From Octopus sinensis (lineage: Eukaryota), in NCBI RefSeq assembly GCF_006345805.1, contig NC_043006.1, positions 64,170,001 through 64,234,000 of the forward strand: a stretch of 64,000 nucleotides of DNA, given 5' to 3'. Every line of letters begins with the position of its first letter. Within the stretch, counting starts at the first letter, position 1. The position numbers and the translations under genes are program-made. Under the pieces are notes generated by a model, which had not been told where the DNA came from, searched no databases, and worked only from the letters and a program-made list of their open reading frames with translations. This document shows, piece after piece, positions 49,430-63,934 of this stretch.

Positions 49430-49790
49430 TAGAAATAGCAGTCAAATCTCTTAGTAATCACACACCATTGGATAATATTGTCCTGGGTTCCCTGCATATA
49501 AGAAAAAGACACGATGGTCACGATTGGAACGCTTTTGATCATAGATTTGCTCAGTGGGGACTGACCTGGGGTAAAACACCAACCTCAATAACAAGTACAC
49601 GCGACCCGTTAGAAATAGCAGTCAAATCTTCTATAAATGATAACCTATCGTTTGAAAAGAACTGGATACTGTAATTTTTGATACAGAGTGTGAATTAAAA
49701 AATAACCGGAAGGTCATGGGTAGCACGCCTTTAATCATAGATTTGCTTGATCACAGAGCTTAAGTGTAGCTAAACAAGAACAGAAGCTAC
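49430..49790 (+). repeat. Recurrent ~150-200 bp repeat (CTAGAAATAGCAGCCAAATCT...GACCTGGGGCTAAACAAC), two tandem copies
   Basis: Diverged copies also at ~8970-9340, 42580-42770, 47560-47730 and 61780-61940; probably a SINE/LINE 3' tail ending in (CAA)n. Confidence 0.6.
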
Positions 49791-51039
49791 AACAATGGCT
49801 TCAATAAAGATCGTAAGAACAACAACAACAGTATCATAATAACAATATTTAACAATATCAACCACTGCCATTATCACTACTACCAGCAGCAGCAGCAGCA
49901 TCTTAATCTCCACTCTCATCATCATCATTACCATCAACATCACCATCACATCGCTACCAGCTTCACAACCATCATCACCATCACCTCTTCTATAGTCGTC
50001 GTAATCGTCGTCGTCCAATTCGTCATTACCAGTAAATGGCAGAATCGTTAGCGCGCCGGGTGAAATGCTTAGCTTCACGTTCTGTGTTCAAATTCCGCCG
50101 AGGTCGATTTTGCATTTCATCCCTTCGGGGTCGATAAAATAAGTACCAGTTGAGTACTGGGGTCGATGTAATCGACTATCCCCCACCCCCAAATATCAGG
50201 CCTTGTGCCTGTAGGAGAAAAGCTTATCAATACTACAACCATCACCGATACCACCACAAACATCCACTTCCAACTCCACAACACCACCATTTTCCTCATC
50301 ATCATCATCATCATTACCACCATTCCTGCCGCCATCGTCATCACTATGACCATCACCATGACCACCATCACTAGCATCTTCACCATCATCTCAGTCATCG
50401 TTAATCAGAGCTACCATCGCCAACTTCATTATCGTCTCCACCATCGCTACCAGTGCCACCTACTACCATCAACATTAGCTCCACCGCCAACACCATCACT
50501 ACAAAAAAGCAAGGAGTCGTAACCAATTCTTCCTCTATTGTCTTCAAAAATGGTGGAATATCCTTCATCTTTCAGTTAATGTTGTGCAGCCATGCTGGGG
50601 CCCCGCTTTGATGGGTTTTAGTCAAACAAATCGACTCCAATCGATTTCTTTTTTAAAATTTTTATTTGTAATGTAGTACTTATTGTATCTTTCTATTTGT
50701 CGAACCGGGGACGCGAACAAACCAACATCGGTTGTCAATCTGTGGGTAGGTCACACACACACACACACATATATATGAGTGGCTGTGTGATAAGTAGCTT
50801 GCTTACCAACCACATACATAACTCCGGATTGAGTCCCACTGCGTGGCACCTTGGGCAAGTGTCTTCTACTATAGCCTCGGGTCGACCAAAACCTTGTAAG
50901 TGGATTTGATAGACGGAAACTGAAAGAAGCCCGTCGTAGATATAATAATATATATATATATATTATTCAAAGAAGAATACAGTGTACCACTGGTAACTAA
51001 AAATTTTTCGATGAATATTCTTGCTACCCTAAGATTTTA

Positions 51040-51126
<87 letters not shown>

Positions 51127-51625
51127 CATGCATGCATGTGTGTGTGTGTGTAATTTAAAATGTAGAGCAACAGTTACAACTGTGATGCTGTTGGTAAAAC
51201 ATGTTTTTTGTCTATTTCCTTATCCTCTTGGAGATTTTGGGTAAAATTATACTAATGTGTCCTAATTTAATTAAATTCTATGTCTTTGTGCAGCTGAAGA
51301 TTGCTCTACATTTTAAATTGATGTGATGAAATGATTGCATTGTTCAATTAAATGGAGTTGCATGAAACGATCGTACTGCGTTACCTCTGGATATCCTTGT
51401 TGCTTATTTTGATTTTAATCATCTTATTTTGAAATTGTATGGATAATATCATACTAAATTCTGGTGCCTCAACTTAAAGTACCATATTCATCTGAATCTA
51501 AATTTATAATATATATATATATATATAATAGAACCTAATTACAACCTTTTGTGACCTCTATTAATTTTGCCTTTAGGTTCTAATTGCTAATAAGCCACCC
51601 TTTTAATTTGTTTATATATATGTAA

Positions 51626-51673
<48 letters not shown>

Positions 51674-51677
51674 TGTG

Positions 51678-51774
<97 letters not shown>

Positions 51775-52699
51775 ACTCCGTCCGTTACCACGACAAGGGT
51801 TCCAGTTGATCCGGTCAACGGAACAGCCTACTCGTGAAATTAACGTGCAAGTGGCTGAACACTTCGCAGACACGCATTCCCTTAACATAGTTCTCTAGGA
51901 GATTCAAAGTGGCACAAAATGTGACAAGGCTGGCCCTTTGAAATACAGGTGTCACTCATTTGTACCAACTGAGTTGAGTGGAGCAACATGAAATAAAGTG
52001 TCTTACTCCAGAACACAGAGCGCCAGCGGAAATTTAACTCAGGACCTTAAGACCACGAGCTGAATACCCCAGTTACTCAACCACGCGCCTGAACCCAAAC
52101 CAAACAATGGTGCCTGTACCTATATACAGAAATGAACTAATACTGAAAATAATACCAGAAAAATACATGACGTCATGACTAGATTGTCGGTTGTATAGTA
52201 TTTATTTGCAGAGAACGACAATGGCTACAAATCTGTACAAAACTGGCTCTGAAAAACAAAAGTGTCTTACGATATCTCCAAAGTACTTATAAAACACACC
52301 AAATGTTTACAAATAATTCAGAAAAACAAATAACTGGACAGGAAATATAACTCTAGCCCTGTTAACAACAACATTGATAAAAACAGGAAGGACCGTCGTT
52401 ATTTTCCTTCCTAACGCTTCAAGCCTGCACGGAATATACTTAGTGACAAGTGCATCACGCAGAAATATTTTTAAAATGAATAAATGTTTGCAAACATTCA
52501 GGAGTGGTTGCGTGGTAAAAGGAAAAAAAAGTTTCCTTCCCAATCATATAGTCTTGGGTTCAATCCCATTGTGCAGCACCTGGGACCAGTATTTTCCACT
52601 ATAGCCTCAGGCCAACCTGGGCTTGGTTAAAAAAGGGACAAAAAAAAAAGAAAGAAACAGAAAGCCTAATTGTAGCAGCCTAAGATCAAGCGATAAAAA

Positions 52700-53290
52700 C
52701 TAACTTGAGAAAAAATATATATGGAGAGAATGTGTCAGAAAAATGTATACCCTGTGGAACTTGGAACGAGACAACGGCACACATTGTGACTGAATGCCCC
52801 AAGTTGGCGCAGGAAGAGTATAAGAAATGGAAGCACGACCAGGCTGTAAAAGTTTTATACTGGACACTTTGCCAAAAATGGGGATTTGAAACAGAAAACA
52901 CCTGGTACAATCATAGGGTCGAAAAGGTACTGGAGTCGAAGGAATGTAAGATTTTGTGGGACTTCCCTATCCAAACGGACAAGAAGTTGGAAAATAATAG
53001 ACCGGACATAACAATTATAGATAAGGAAAAGTGTAGTTGCTCACTGATCGACCCATCATACCCGTTTGTTTCCAAGATCGGAAAAAAAAAGATGACGAGA
53101 AAAAAAAATCCCTTAAAATTTGAAATAGGAATAATTTGGAGTATGAGAACTGAAGGAGATTGGAATAGAATGCCCTGTAGAGTTCCTGCCAAAAGTTTGT
53201 TTCTTAGAGACAGCAAGGATTATCAGGATGGTTCTAAGCACTTGAAAGGCTATTGAAAACTTGTGGATACCTAAGGTTACAGGTAGTAAC
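52700..53290 (+). mobile_element. R4/Dong retrotransposon C-terminal fragment (CCHC zinc knuckle + restriction-like endonuclease)
   Basis: CIPCGTWNETTAHIVTEC, KHDQAVKVLYW, ILWDFPIQTDKKLENNRPDITIID. Confidence 0.85.
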
Positions 53291-53564
53291 TCGCTACCCA
53301 CATAATTCCTATCAGGAATAAGACCTAAACCTGATTCAAACCAAAAATAATAATAATTATAACGATTTCACTTATTATCCACCAGGGCGAAGGATGAAGA
53401 GGACAATACAATAAAGTGTTGGGGTTTACATATAATGAAATGATAAAATAATTAAATCAATAACAAATAAGAAAGTAATTATACACAGTTTACAATGAAA
53501 ACGTAGGGAAATATACACAGTATATAAAGGTTGTCCTACGCAAAGTCAAAGCGCTCTGTGAGCT

Positions 53565-55202
53565 GAGAAAGAATGGACCTCGTTTCAATCATCTTCTCTT
53601 CATGGATGATTTTAAACTGTTCGCAAAAATATATCCTGAAATGGAGAGGATGGTTGAGACTCCACAGATGTGCAACAAGGATATCGGAATGGAATTTGGT
53701 ATCTCGAAGTGTACGATCCTCGCATTGAAACGGGGTAAAGGAGCAGATTTAGAGGCATAGAATTGCCAAACAGAGAGAGAGAGTGGAAGACCCGGATGAT
53801 GATGTGTACAAGTACTTTGGGATCATGGAGCTGGACAATATCTTGCACAGAGAAGTAAAAGACAAGATCATCACTGCATATTTGAAGCGCCTCAAACTTC
53901 TCTTGAAATCAAAACTCAACTCAACTTGTGACTGCCAGCAACATATGGGCTGTTACTGTAGACCGCTATAGTGCACCCATCCTAAAATGGACAGAAGCGG
54001 AGATTAACAAACTTGATTGCACTACTCAATACACAATGACAATGCATGGTGCCCTCCACCCTAAGGCGAACGTACACAGGTTCTACACGAAGAAGTGTAA
54101 AGGTGGACATGGGCTGATTAGCGTATGGGAGTGCTTCAAGAGTGAAAGAAGAAACATGGCAGAATATTTGGTAAATAGCAAGTAAGACCTGCTACAGTAT
54201 TCCGCTAATGCAGAAGGGCTTACTAAAAATGGACTTGAGAATTCTCATGAATTCTGATCACGAGCAGCCAAGGAGAGAGAAGAAACCCTACTCCGTATGG
54301 AATTACATGATCAGTTCAACCATGAAATTAACAACTTAAAAGATCAGGAAGCACATGGAGGTGGCTCAGTAAATGTGACCTAAAAAAGAAAACTGAAAGC
54401 TTAATCAAAGCTGCCTAGGATCAGGCATTAAATACCAACTCAGTGAAAGGGGATATATAGCACACAAGTGCACGAACCTCTGCAAAATGTGTGGGAAGAG
54501 GATCGAAATCGTGACTCACATTGTTAGTACTTGTGAAAGTCTTGCGCAGAAAGAGTACAAGCGCAGACACGACAAGGTAGCCCAAAACCTTCACCGGCTA
54601 CTATGCCGGAAGTATGGATATGCAATAACGGGTGCTTGGTACCATCATACACCGGAAAAGATAATGGACGAAAAAAAAAGGGGGGTCAAAACTTCTCTGG
54701 GACATTGACTTCCAGACAGACAAGGTATCAGAGCACCGAAGGCCGGATATTGTAACTTTTAGGAGGGACAAACGAAAGTGTCCAATAATTGACATGGCAG
54801 TGCCAGGAGATCAACATATTATCATGAAAGAAACGTTGGTAAATATGGAGACCTGAGAATTGAGCAGCTACGAGAGTCAAACATAAAGGCTGTCCTGATT
54901 GTCATCGGAGAATTGGGTTCAATACCACCCAACCTGAAAAAAAAAAACATCTGAAAACTTTAAAAAAAAAACCCTACTGTCTAGGTGTGTTGCAAAAATT
55001 GGCATTACTTAGAACTACACGCATATTGCGTAAAGTACTGTCTGTCTGAGGTCCTTGTTGTGACTTGACAAACAGTACAAACACTCGGTAGATACAATAT
55101 CTTCAATCAGCAACATTACGATATTGGATACTGTGCAACGTCTTAAATAATAATAATAATAATATAATAATAATAATAATAATAACAATAATAATAATAA
55201 TA

Positions 55203-55205
<3 letters not shown>
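53565..55205 (+). mobile_element. R4/Dong retrotransposon 3' half (RT C-terminus, zinc knuckle, REL endonuclease, (TAA)n tail), decayed
   Basis: NHLLFMDDFKLFAK, DIGMEFGISKC, YKYFGIMELD, HGALHPKANVHRFY, CKMCGKRIEIVTHIVSTC...RRHDKV, EHRRPDIV, then the 3' UTR and (TAA)n. Confidence 0.9.
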
Positions 55206-55235
<30 letters not shown>

Positions 55236-55519
55236 GTGATGATGATGGTTGTGGTGGTGGTGGTGGTGGTGGTGGTGGTGGTGATGATGATGATGATGAT
55301 GATGATGATAATGATGATGATAATCCGTTGTACACTAGGAACAAGGCGTGAAATTTTGGAGGGGATTAGTCGATTACATCGATCCCAGTGTTCGATTGGT
55401 ACCCCGAAAGGATGAAAAGCACAATCGACCTCGGCGTAATTTGAACTCAGGATGTAGCGACGGAAGAAATGCCGATAAGTATTTTGCCCGGTGTACTAAC
55501 GATTCTGACAGTTCGCCGC

Positions 55520-55561
<42 letters not shown>

Positions 55562-55696
55562 GTAATAATCCTTTCTGTCAGAGGCACAAGGCCTGAAAAT
55601 TTGGGGAAGGGGGCCAGTCGATTACATCGATCCCAGTTCGTAACTGGTACTTATTTTATTGAACCGAAAGGACGAAAGGCAAAGTCGGAATTTAAT

Positions 55697-56157
55697 GCTC
55701 TGATGCAGTACCTGGCAGTGTCTCTCGTGGCTTCTGATCTTAACTGACTGGAAGTGATATCATGTACATTGTTCTGTCTTGACATTAAAGATGGCTACAG
55801 CAAATATTCTGCTCAATACCACAGATTTGTTTGTCAGTTGTTTGACCTTAACCAGTTGACCATGTCCCTTAGTGGCTGACAATATGTGCATCTTTGATCA
55901 CGAGCAAAAGTAAAAGGGGAGCATCATTGCCATGTATTGAGAGGCATTCTTTGGACCTGAAGAACATTCTAAGTGGGCCCCATCTGCAAGGTCATGCGCT
56001 ATTTATCTTGAGATGAAATCACCTTGTCACGCACATATGGTTGTGATGCAGGTACCTGGTGTACCCTTATCAGAGGGGTAGTCATGATGGGTATATTAGG
56101 CTTCCTATATTTTACCCCAGTGTCACTTTGATGGTATACACTGCTCCCTCACTCAAT
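55697..56157 (+). mobile_element. Second copy of the ~520-bp interspersed repeat
   Basis: Aligns with 46885-47410 with reciprocal internal deletions. Confidence 0.75.
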
Positions 56158-56639
56158 AACAACAACAGCAACAACAACAATAACCCTTTCTGGGAGAGGA
56201 GTCCAGTTGATTAGATCAACTCCAGTACGCAACTGGTATTCAATTTATCGACTCCCACAGGACGAAAGGCAAAGTCGACTTCGGCGGAATTTGAACTCAG
56301 AACGTAAAGATTGACGAAATACCGCTAAGCATTTCGCCCGGCGTGCTAACGATCCTGCCAGCTCGCCACAAATAATAATACAAAACCCCTTAACAAAACT
56401 TACTGATACAATACAATATCTCCCTCCCCTTCCCCATGTCCCCCCAAAATGCAAAACGCACTACCCCACCAGCACAAAGGTGCAACAAATGATGCAATAG
56501 AAAGTTGCTTGAAACTTTCTGATGTCGAGAAATAATAATGGTGATGACGATGGTGACGAACGTTACTTTACCTCACTTTATGAGAGACAGGAGTTTCCGA
56601 AAATCTCTAAGCTAGATCTTTAATGTCAGTGGATCAGTA

Positions 56640-57845
56640 AAGATGCAGACTGGCCACAGCTGTCATTCTAATACAGCATCAGCAGATAATAGAGCAAGGA
56701 AGTGGAAGCGGACCAGCGAAGAATACAGGATAGTGATACAGTGCTACTTAGAAAGTGAGCCTATAAGAAGGGGCTATAGAAAACGGATGTTAACACTTTG
56801 GGTAGAGAAGGGTATGTTTAAAGTGGCTGAGCAGAGATTAGTTGATCCAGCTAATGCTATTAGGAGAAGAAATTGGATGATAGAATTGGAGGTAGAAGAG
56901 ATCATAAGAGGACTGGACAAGAAAGACCAGGCAGTGGAAAAGACAAACAACAATATAAGAGATACATCTCAAACCAAAGAAGAACCTAAAGGAAAATATA
57001 ATAATAGTGTTACCAACACGGAAGAGACAATTAGCACCAACCACTTAAGTGGTTTAAGTGAGGAAGATCAGAAGAATTTAGATGAGTTTCAGGAAGTAAT
57101 GAGTAAAGAAGTAAGAAAAAGATTGCTAGCATTAAAAGAAGGAAGCCACAAGAAATGACTAGGAAAGTAGATTCTGTTATCTGGAGGATAGATACTAAAA
57201 ATACAGAAGACACTAACTTATTGATCTATGCAGGATATCTCACAGGGAAAGATTAAAACAGAGCAAATGTGGAAAAGGAGACTACAAAATAAAGAGAAGA
57301 CTTTAAGACAAGATCTGAGTAAAACAGAAGCCTGGAGGCTGGAGAAGTTAGGAAACACAAGATGCAAATCTTCCCTCAAGAAAAGATACTTAGTCAAAGA
57401 GAAAGGATTTGGGACAGTAATAGAAGAGTTGAAACAGCGTATCATAACAATACCAGGCAAGCTCTCCAGATATCAGAAAAGAATAGATCAGTATCAACAG
57501 AATAGATTATTTGAGATAGACCAGAGGAGATTTTATAACCAAATAAATAGTGGAGCACGAAGTACTGAAAATGAGAAACCTAATGCAGAAGGAGCTAGAA
57601 AGTTCTGGAGTAATATTTGGGATAAACCAGTCAATCATAATGGAGATGCAGTATGGTTAAAGAAAGTGAGGGAAGAAGTAGTGAATGAGAAGCAGCAAGA
57701 TCAAAGATGAACTAGTGCAGTAATGAGTAAAGTGTTAGGGAAAAAGCCGTTCTCTCTTGAAGTCTCTGGGTGAGACATGGAGCCAAATTGTACAATTGCA
57801 AAGAAAATGTCAAACATAAAATAATAATGATAATAATAATAATGA
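56640..57845 (+). mobile_element. R4/Dong 5' ORF region fused to a 3' UTR and (TAA)n (internally deleted element)
   Basis: VIQCYLESEPIRRGYRKRMLTLW and EELKQRI...RYQKRIDQYQQNRLF...FWSNIW are typical pre-RT R4/Dong segments; followed at ~57750 by the 3' UTR seen at 43980-44050. Confidence 0.8.
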
Positions 57846-58470
57846 CGACAACAACAACAACAACAACAACAATAATAATGTTTGCTTATAATGATTTCTT
57901 TATTAACCACAAGGGTTTACATTAAGAAAAACAAAGAATGTGTATGTGAGTGCGTGCTGTCGTGAGGGCTTTGCGTGTAAACAAAACTAACAAAATTTTT
58001 TTTAATCAACAATGTATGATCCTCAGTAGGGAGGAGACGGTCGAGGGCTGCTCATGGAAAAAAACCCATAGAAAAACCCATGGATACCCTGACTTTTGGG
58101 GCAAGTGCATTTTTCTCTTTCCTTTTTTCCAACTACGGGCCTATGCTCAGGGCAGACCCGTTCACTCGCACCATTCTCACCACTTTCATCTACCTTTGAG
58201 CAAACTGATTAGAAGACAGCATTTCCTTCTCTACCCTTATTTTCCTTTTCATCTGGGATTGGCTAAAGAGAAAATGTTTGTCTTTAGCTCCTTCAATCTC
58301 GCCCACTATAACACCTCTTTCGCCATGACATATAAAAACACCTTTTCCTTCCCGGTTCTAATATACATATCAAGAAAAACAGCCATCTGCAATCGGTGAA
58401 TTTTGAGATACTCAATGATATTGTAATATTTTCCTGTATATTACCAAGGGATCTGCCAAGGTTATTCGCG

Positions 58471-58528
<58 letters not shown>

Positions 58529-61500
58529 CAAACAAAAGATTGTGTTCCCAAATCTAAACAGGTGCTTAAGAGGGACATAAACTGCTGTCACTCGTCCAAT
58601 ACACATTCTTTTGTATTTTACTTGTTCCAGTCATTGGATTGCGGCCATGTTTGGGAATCTACTTGAAGTGTTGTTTCAGCTTCCGTCAACCAGATTTACA
58701 AAGCTTTGATCGACCAAGGAATATAGTGGAAGACACTTGCCCAAGGAGTCGCACAGTGGGACCAAACCCGAAACCACGGGGCTGTGAAGCAAACTTCTTA
58801 CCACAGAGCCACTAAGTTGTATTTGTGGTTCATCTCAGAATTGGAATCATTAACGTTAAAGTTCATCATAAATTCCAAATCCAAATAGTTGAATGACCGA
58901 TATGAATCTGTTGACATTTAACAGCGAAAGTTGCTCTTTTACTGAAAATCTGAAAGAACTGTCATTGTTACAGCCTTTGAAGAGCTTTTGCCGACGAATC
59001 AATGATAAAAAATTCAAAGGATATTTAAAAAATGAATTGAGGAAAATTATCGTATTTACTCGTGTATATGTTGAACCTATAATTCAGAATAAAATCTTAG
59101 TACAAAATTCTTTTCCTTCATATTTAAACTTGCCCCATGTATATCGCACCCCAGTTTTCTTCATTTATAAAAGAGTAAATACGGTTTCCGTTGCTGAGAA
59201 AAACTCAACAGAAAAAGCGAGTCTCACGGTGAATTGGCGGAGTGGTTAGAACACTGAATAGAATATCTCGCAGTATTTATTCCGACTCTCTGTTGTTTGA
59301 GTTCAAACTCTGACGAAGTCGACTTTGCCTTCCATTTGGGGGGGGGGGTGATAAAAAATGTACCCAATCACGACAGCGGAAAGTATGCTTTGTGGTATTT
59401 TTTCCGGTTCTTTGCGTTCTGAATTCAAATCCCGCTATAGCCTATTTCGGTGGTAGACCTGATCTATCGCCCGATTTAACACCACCATCTGGTATCTTGT
59501 GTACATTTAGCAGAGTCAATTCTGTTTCATGTACTGAGTTTGAAAATATCTTCCTCTCCGCTTCCTTCTGGTCTCAGATACCCTATAAAGGGTCATCATC
59601 ATTGGCCTTCTCTCATGACTAAAAGATAAAAAAAAAACAACTTTTGAACACTTTTGAACTTTCCCAGTAGAAGGTCGGTAATTTTATATCTTTGAAGGTG
59701 AACGCTCATTGTTGAAGTTGACAACCCGTATAGCCTGTATATACCAAGAAGGAAGCCTTACGTGATCGACAGTTATGCTACAAATATCAGCCAAATCTCC
59801 CTCAAATCACTTCCTCACAATTTATATAACGAATGGTTACATACATACCTCAAAATAAATAACAAAGCGTGGCTGTGTGATAAGAAGTTTGTTTCCCAAC
59901 CACATGGTCCCGGGTTCCTGGTTCCGTCCCACTGCATGGCGTCTTGGGCAGGTGTCTTCTACTATAGCCTCGGACTGACCAAAGCTTTGTGAATAGGTTT
60001 GGTAGACAGAAACTGAAAGAAGCCTGTCGTATATATACACATCTATGTATGTGTGATTTTCGCTTGTCCCCCACCAACGCTTGACAACCAGTGTTGATGT
60101 GTTTACGTCACCATAACATAGCGGTTCAGCAAAAGAAACCGATAGAATAAATACTAGTCTTTAAAAAAAAAGCAAGTACTGGAGTCGATTCATTCGACCA
60201 AAATATTGTCCAATTCTTCAGCCTGGTCACAGTTTAATGACGGAAACAAGTAAAAGAAAAAAGATTTTAAAAATAATTAGTTGGTGACTGGAATGCTTTT
60301 GATCAAAGTTCTCTTGGACAAGAATTTGACTGAAGGGGTAGGAAGCTTTGGGAAGGGATAGTACCTTGGGTGTCTTGCCTGCTGCTCCCTACCAGGTAGG
60401 TGGGGGACAAGCTTGACTAACTTTCACTCAACCCCTAAATCTTTCATGTGCTGCTTCCAAGTGCCACGCCCCGGTATACTGCCTCAGCTGGCGAGCTAAA
60501 GCACATGAGGTGGCGGTGGTGATACAACACCAAAAGGCGGGTGCAGGAACTGAGGCAACAGCCAACGGACTGGGCGGAAGTGTCTCAAGAAGACCAACAG
60601 CCAACCAGATGTCTGTGGTTGAAGGCGACCCACATTATGTTTCGTGGACATTGGCTAACACTCAACAGAAACAGCTCCATTTACATCCTCTTTCCTAAAG
60701 TCAAGTGATTGAGCTTGAGGTAAGCACACTCTCCCCGTAAGAAAAGTTCAAGCTACGAAAACAGTTCAAAATGCAAAACCATTGCAGTATCGGGCTAACG
60801 GTCATAAGCAGACCGATCCTGCTGGAGAGCTTTGGCTGTCACGTGCGTCGCCCAACACGGGAGCACTTAAGTGTAGGTAAATAAACACCAACCACTATCA
60901 CCACCACCACTACCAACAACAACAATTACATGTAATTACAAGGACTATTTGTAGAACTGGACAGAACTCTTGAAAGGATCTCTCTTCTTTGTATAGGATA
61001 ACTGAGTAAAACATCAAAATCGGTGTAGCTATTTTATCAAATATTTTATCGTTAAAGATGTGGATACCTCTCCATGATGTCAAAAGCTTTGTGTTTAGTA
61101 ACAGATAAATGCTCATAGAAAAAGGAACATGAAGATAAAAGAGAACCAGCTACTTGAGCTGGAATATCTCATTTGGCTCAGATCCTAGAGAAATATCTAA
61201 AAATATTGCGTCGCTCAGTATTTCTCCGTTCGTAATATCTATGTATGAGTACACTGCCGATTTTCCGGCAGCTGATAGTTCAGTAACACCTTAAATCTAA
61301 ATACATTACGATGGGGTGGAGAACAGGAATTCCCTGTGACTACCAGTATAGATCACTGCGTGATCACAGATGGCGTTATGTATACTGTGTTTTACGTGCA
61401 TTATTTACGCCGCATTTGTTTGTGGTGGTAACATTTTGAGAGCTTCCTTGCTTATTCAGCTTAACGTCACCCTTAGCTAATGTTACTACAGGTAAGAGAA

Positions 61501-61982
61501 CTGAAAGCCTTCAGTGACAGTGTCAAGCACAAACCCTTAATCTGTATTGATTCAAAATGGTAATTTCGACAAATGGGAGATATAATTAGGAAGTCAGTGT
61601 TGTGTTGAATTATTATGACATGACCGCGAATGGCCCGACAAACGGTTAATCTGTTAAAGCTTTCGAACCAAGGGTGCCTGGTGTTTTATTTTATTGATCC
61701 CTGGAAGAATGACAAACGAAGTCGATGTCAAAGGGATTCAAACACAGAACGTAGCCTGGTGTGCTCGCTCAAGTTGCTAAGAAATAGCAGCCAAATCTCT
61801 TGCAAATTACACTCTACTGCTGTCCTATTCTTTTTATTTATTTTTTTAAAAAGCAATGTCTTCGATACGGACTGTTATGGCTGGAACGACTTTGCTTATA
61901 GATTTGCTCAATCAGAGTTGACCGGAACTTCAATAACAACACTAGTCAATAAGCAACATGACGCCATACATACATACATACA

Positions 61983-62053
<71 letters not shown>

Positions 62054-62746
62054 GGGGGTGTCTGTATATGTGTGTGACTGACTACAGCTCCGCAGTAAAT
62101 TGCTCTCATTTGGTCATCTGCGTGTAAATAATAGCACAGCGTCTACCGCCTACGATTGTGTCATCGTAATTATTGATTTCAACTTTGTATTTCAGTTGTG
62201 GGAATTCTAAAGAATTTCACTGAACGAATACACACACACACACGAGGGAGCTTTTGTATGTGAGGGATTCTCACTAGATCTGCTAGAAACAGCAGCCAAA
62301 TCACACCTTAAATTACCGTATTCGAAAGCCTAAGTCACACACTGTTTTCCAAATTTAAAAAGTCACCTCGGATCCAGTATGCGAAGATGCTTTGAATACT
62401 GGCTTCAAATGTTGGCACACCAATTTTGGAGTAGGGACAAGTCGTTTACATAGACTCCAGTATACAACTGGTACTCATTTTATCGACGCCGAAAGAATGA
62501 AACGCCGGTGGGATTTGAACTCAGAATGTATAGTCGGAAGAAATGCCGCTAAGCATTTTTTTTTCTGGTGCAGTCATGATTTTGCCAGCTTGTCGCCCAA
62601 GTTGCTTTAAATATTACACGCTTTATGCACTAAAAACTTTTTTTCCTTTGAATGTGCACAGCTGTAATTGGGATGCATCTTTTATGCTCATCAAATAAAA
62701 TTAATTATTTATGTCTTGGTTTTTTGAACAATAGCGTCGTCAGTTT

Positions 62747-63380
62747 AAGGTGTTCTAACCTCTGGTTCACTATGGTTTAAAGACCTTAAATATTTTACAA
62801 ACGAATAAATAAATTGGTATTCCTTCGATATTGGCTCACTACGTCGTTCACCCATACAACTTTCCCTCATCACATAGGTAAAGAGGCTTAAGCTGGAAAA
62901 AATGGTGAACGACGTCGTCTCCTCACACCGACACTCAGTAGACCAATACCGAAGGAATATCAATAACTAAATAAATAAAAATCGGATATATTGTATAATA
63001 TAGTCCCTGTACAGAGGTTGGCGATCCTTCGGTGTTGGTCGCCAAAGTGTCATTTTTAACCGAACCTCATTACCAATGCCTAAGGAAGGTTGTGTATGAT
63101 TGACGTCATCTACCAATACTGAAGGATTGCCCAGAAGTTTCCCTAGCATTGAACCGCGGATCATTTAATACCGGGCCACACAGACAGAATAAATTTTAAA
63201 ATTCTACTTCTTGACCATCGCAGTCTGCAGGGCGTTTTTGCATTATATATGCAATACATATATGCAATAATTGAATTACATTTTATGCATTTTGTTTTGT
63301 TATGCGTGTGATCCCTTTTCGTGGACAAACTATCTTATATGAAACCGATTCGTAGGGCAAAGAAGGTTTGGGAACCGCTG
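62747..63380. mobile_element. Charlie-type hAT non-autonomous element with internal inverted repeats
   Basis: Right TIR GGTTTGGGAACCGCTG at 63380; degenerate left end AAGGTGTTCTAACC at 62747; no TSD seen. Confidence 0.45.
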
Positions 63381-63934
63381 AAAACAAGCTTTCTGGGACG
63401 CCTTTGATCGGTTTGGTGGATAAAGATTGATATTAGGCAAACCAATGTCTCTCATGGAAATCGGGAACTTCTGTGAAACCTTTGAGAATTGAAAAGTAAC
63501 TACACAGATCACATTCTTCAATAGAATTAATATTTTAAACGTGTCCAACACCATTGCGAAGAAAACAAATTATATGCAAGCAAACTCAGTTTTGTTTTCT
63601 CAAAGAAGAGGAGAGAAAGCTAAAGAAAAAAATGTAAATCTTGTTAAATATCTTCCAACCACTTGACGTACTTCATATTTTCACCTGATTATTCTCAAAT
63701 TTTCTACACTGATAATACTTTTGTGTGCTGATGGCGAAAATCATTCTTTTTTCCTTTTTTTTTTTCTTTCTAGAAATGCATATTTAAAAAAGTTACAAGC
63801 ATTTAAAATTAGGAGTGACTGTGTGGTAAGTAGCTTGTTTACCAACCACATGGTTGTGGGTTCGGTCCTACTGTATGGCACCTTGGGCAAGTGTCTTCTA
63901 CTGTAGCCTCGGGCCGACCAAACCTGTATATATA

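Noticed and set aside
60300-60870. GC-richer unique-looking stretch
   Set aside because: No interpretable ORF, splice pattern or repeat ends; probably an unassigned retroelement fragment.
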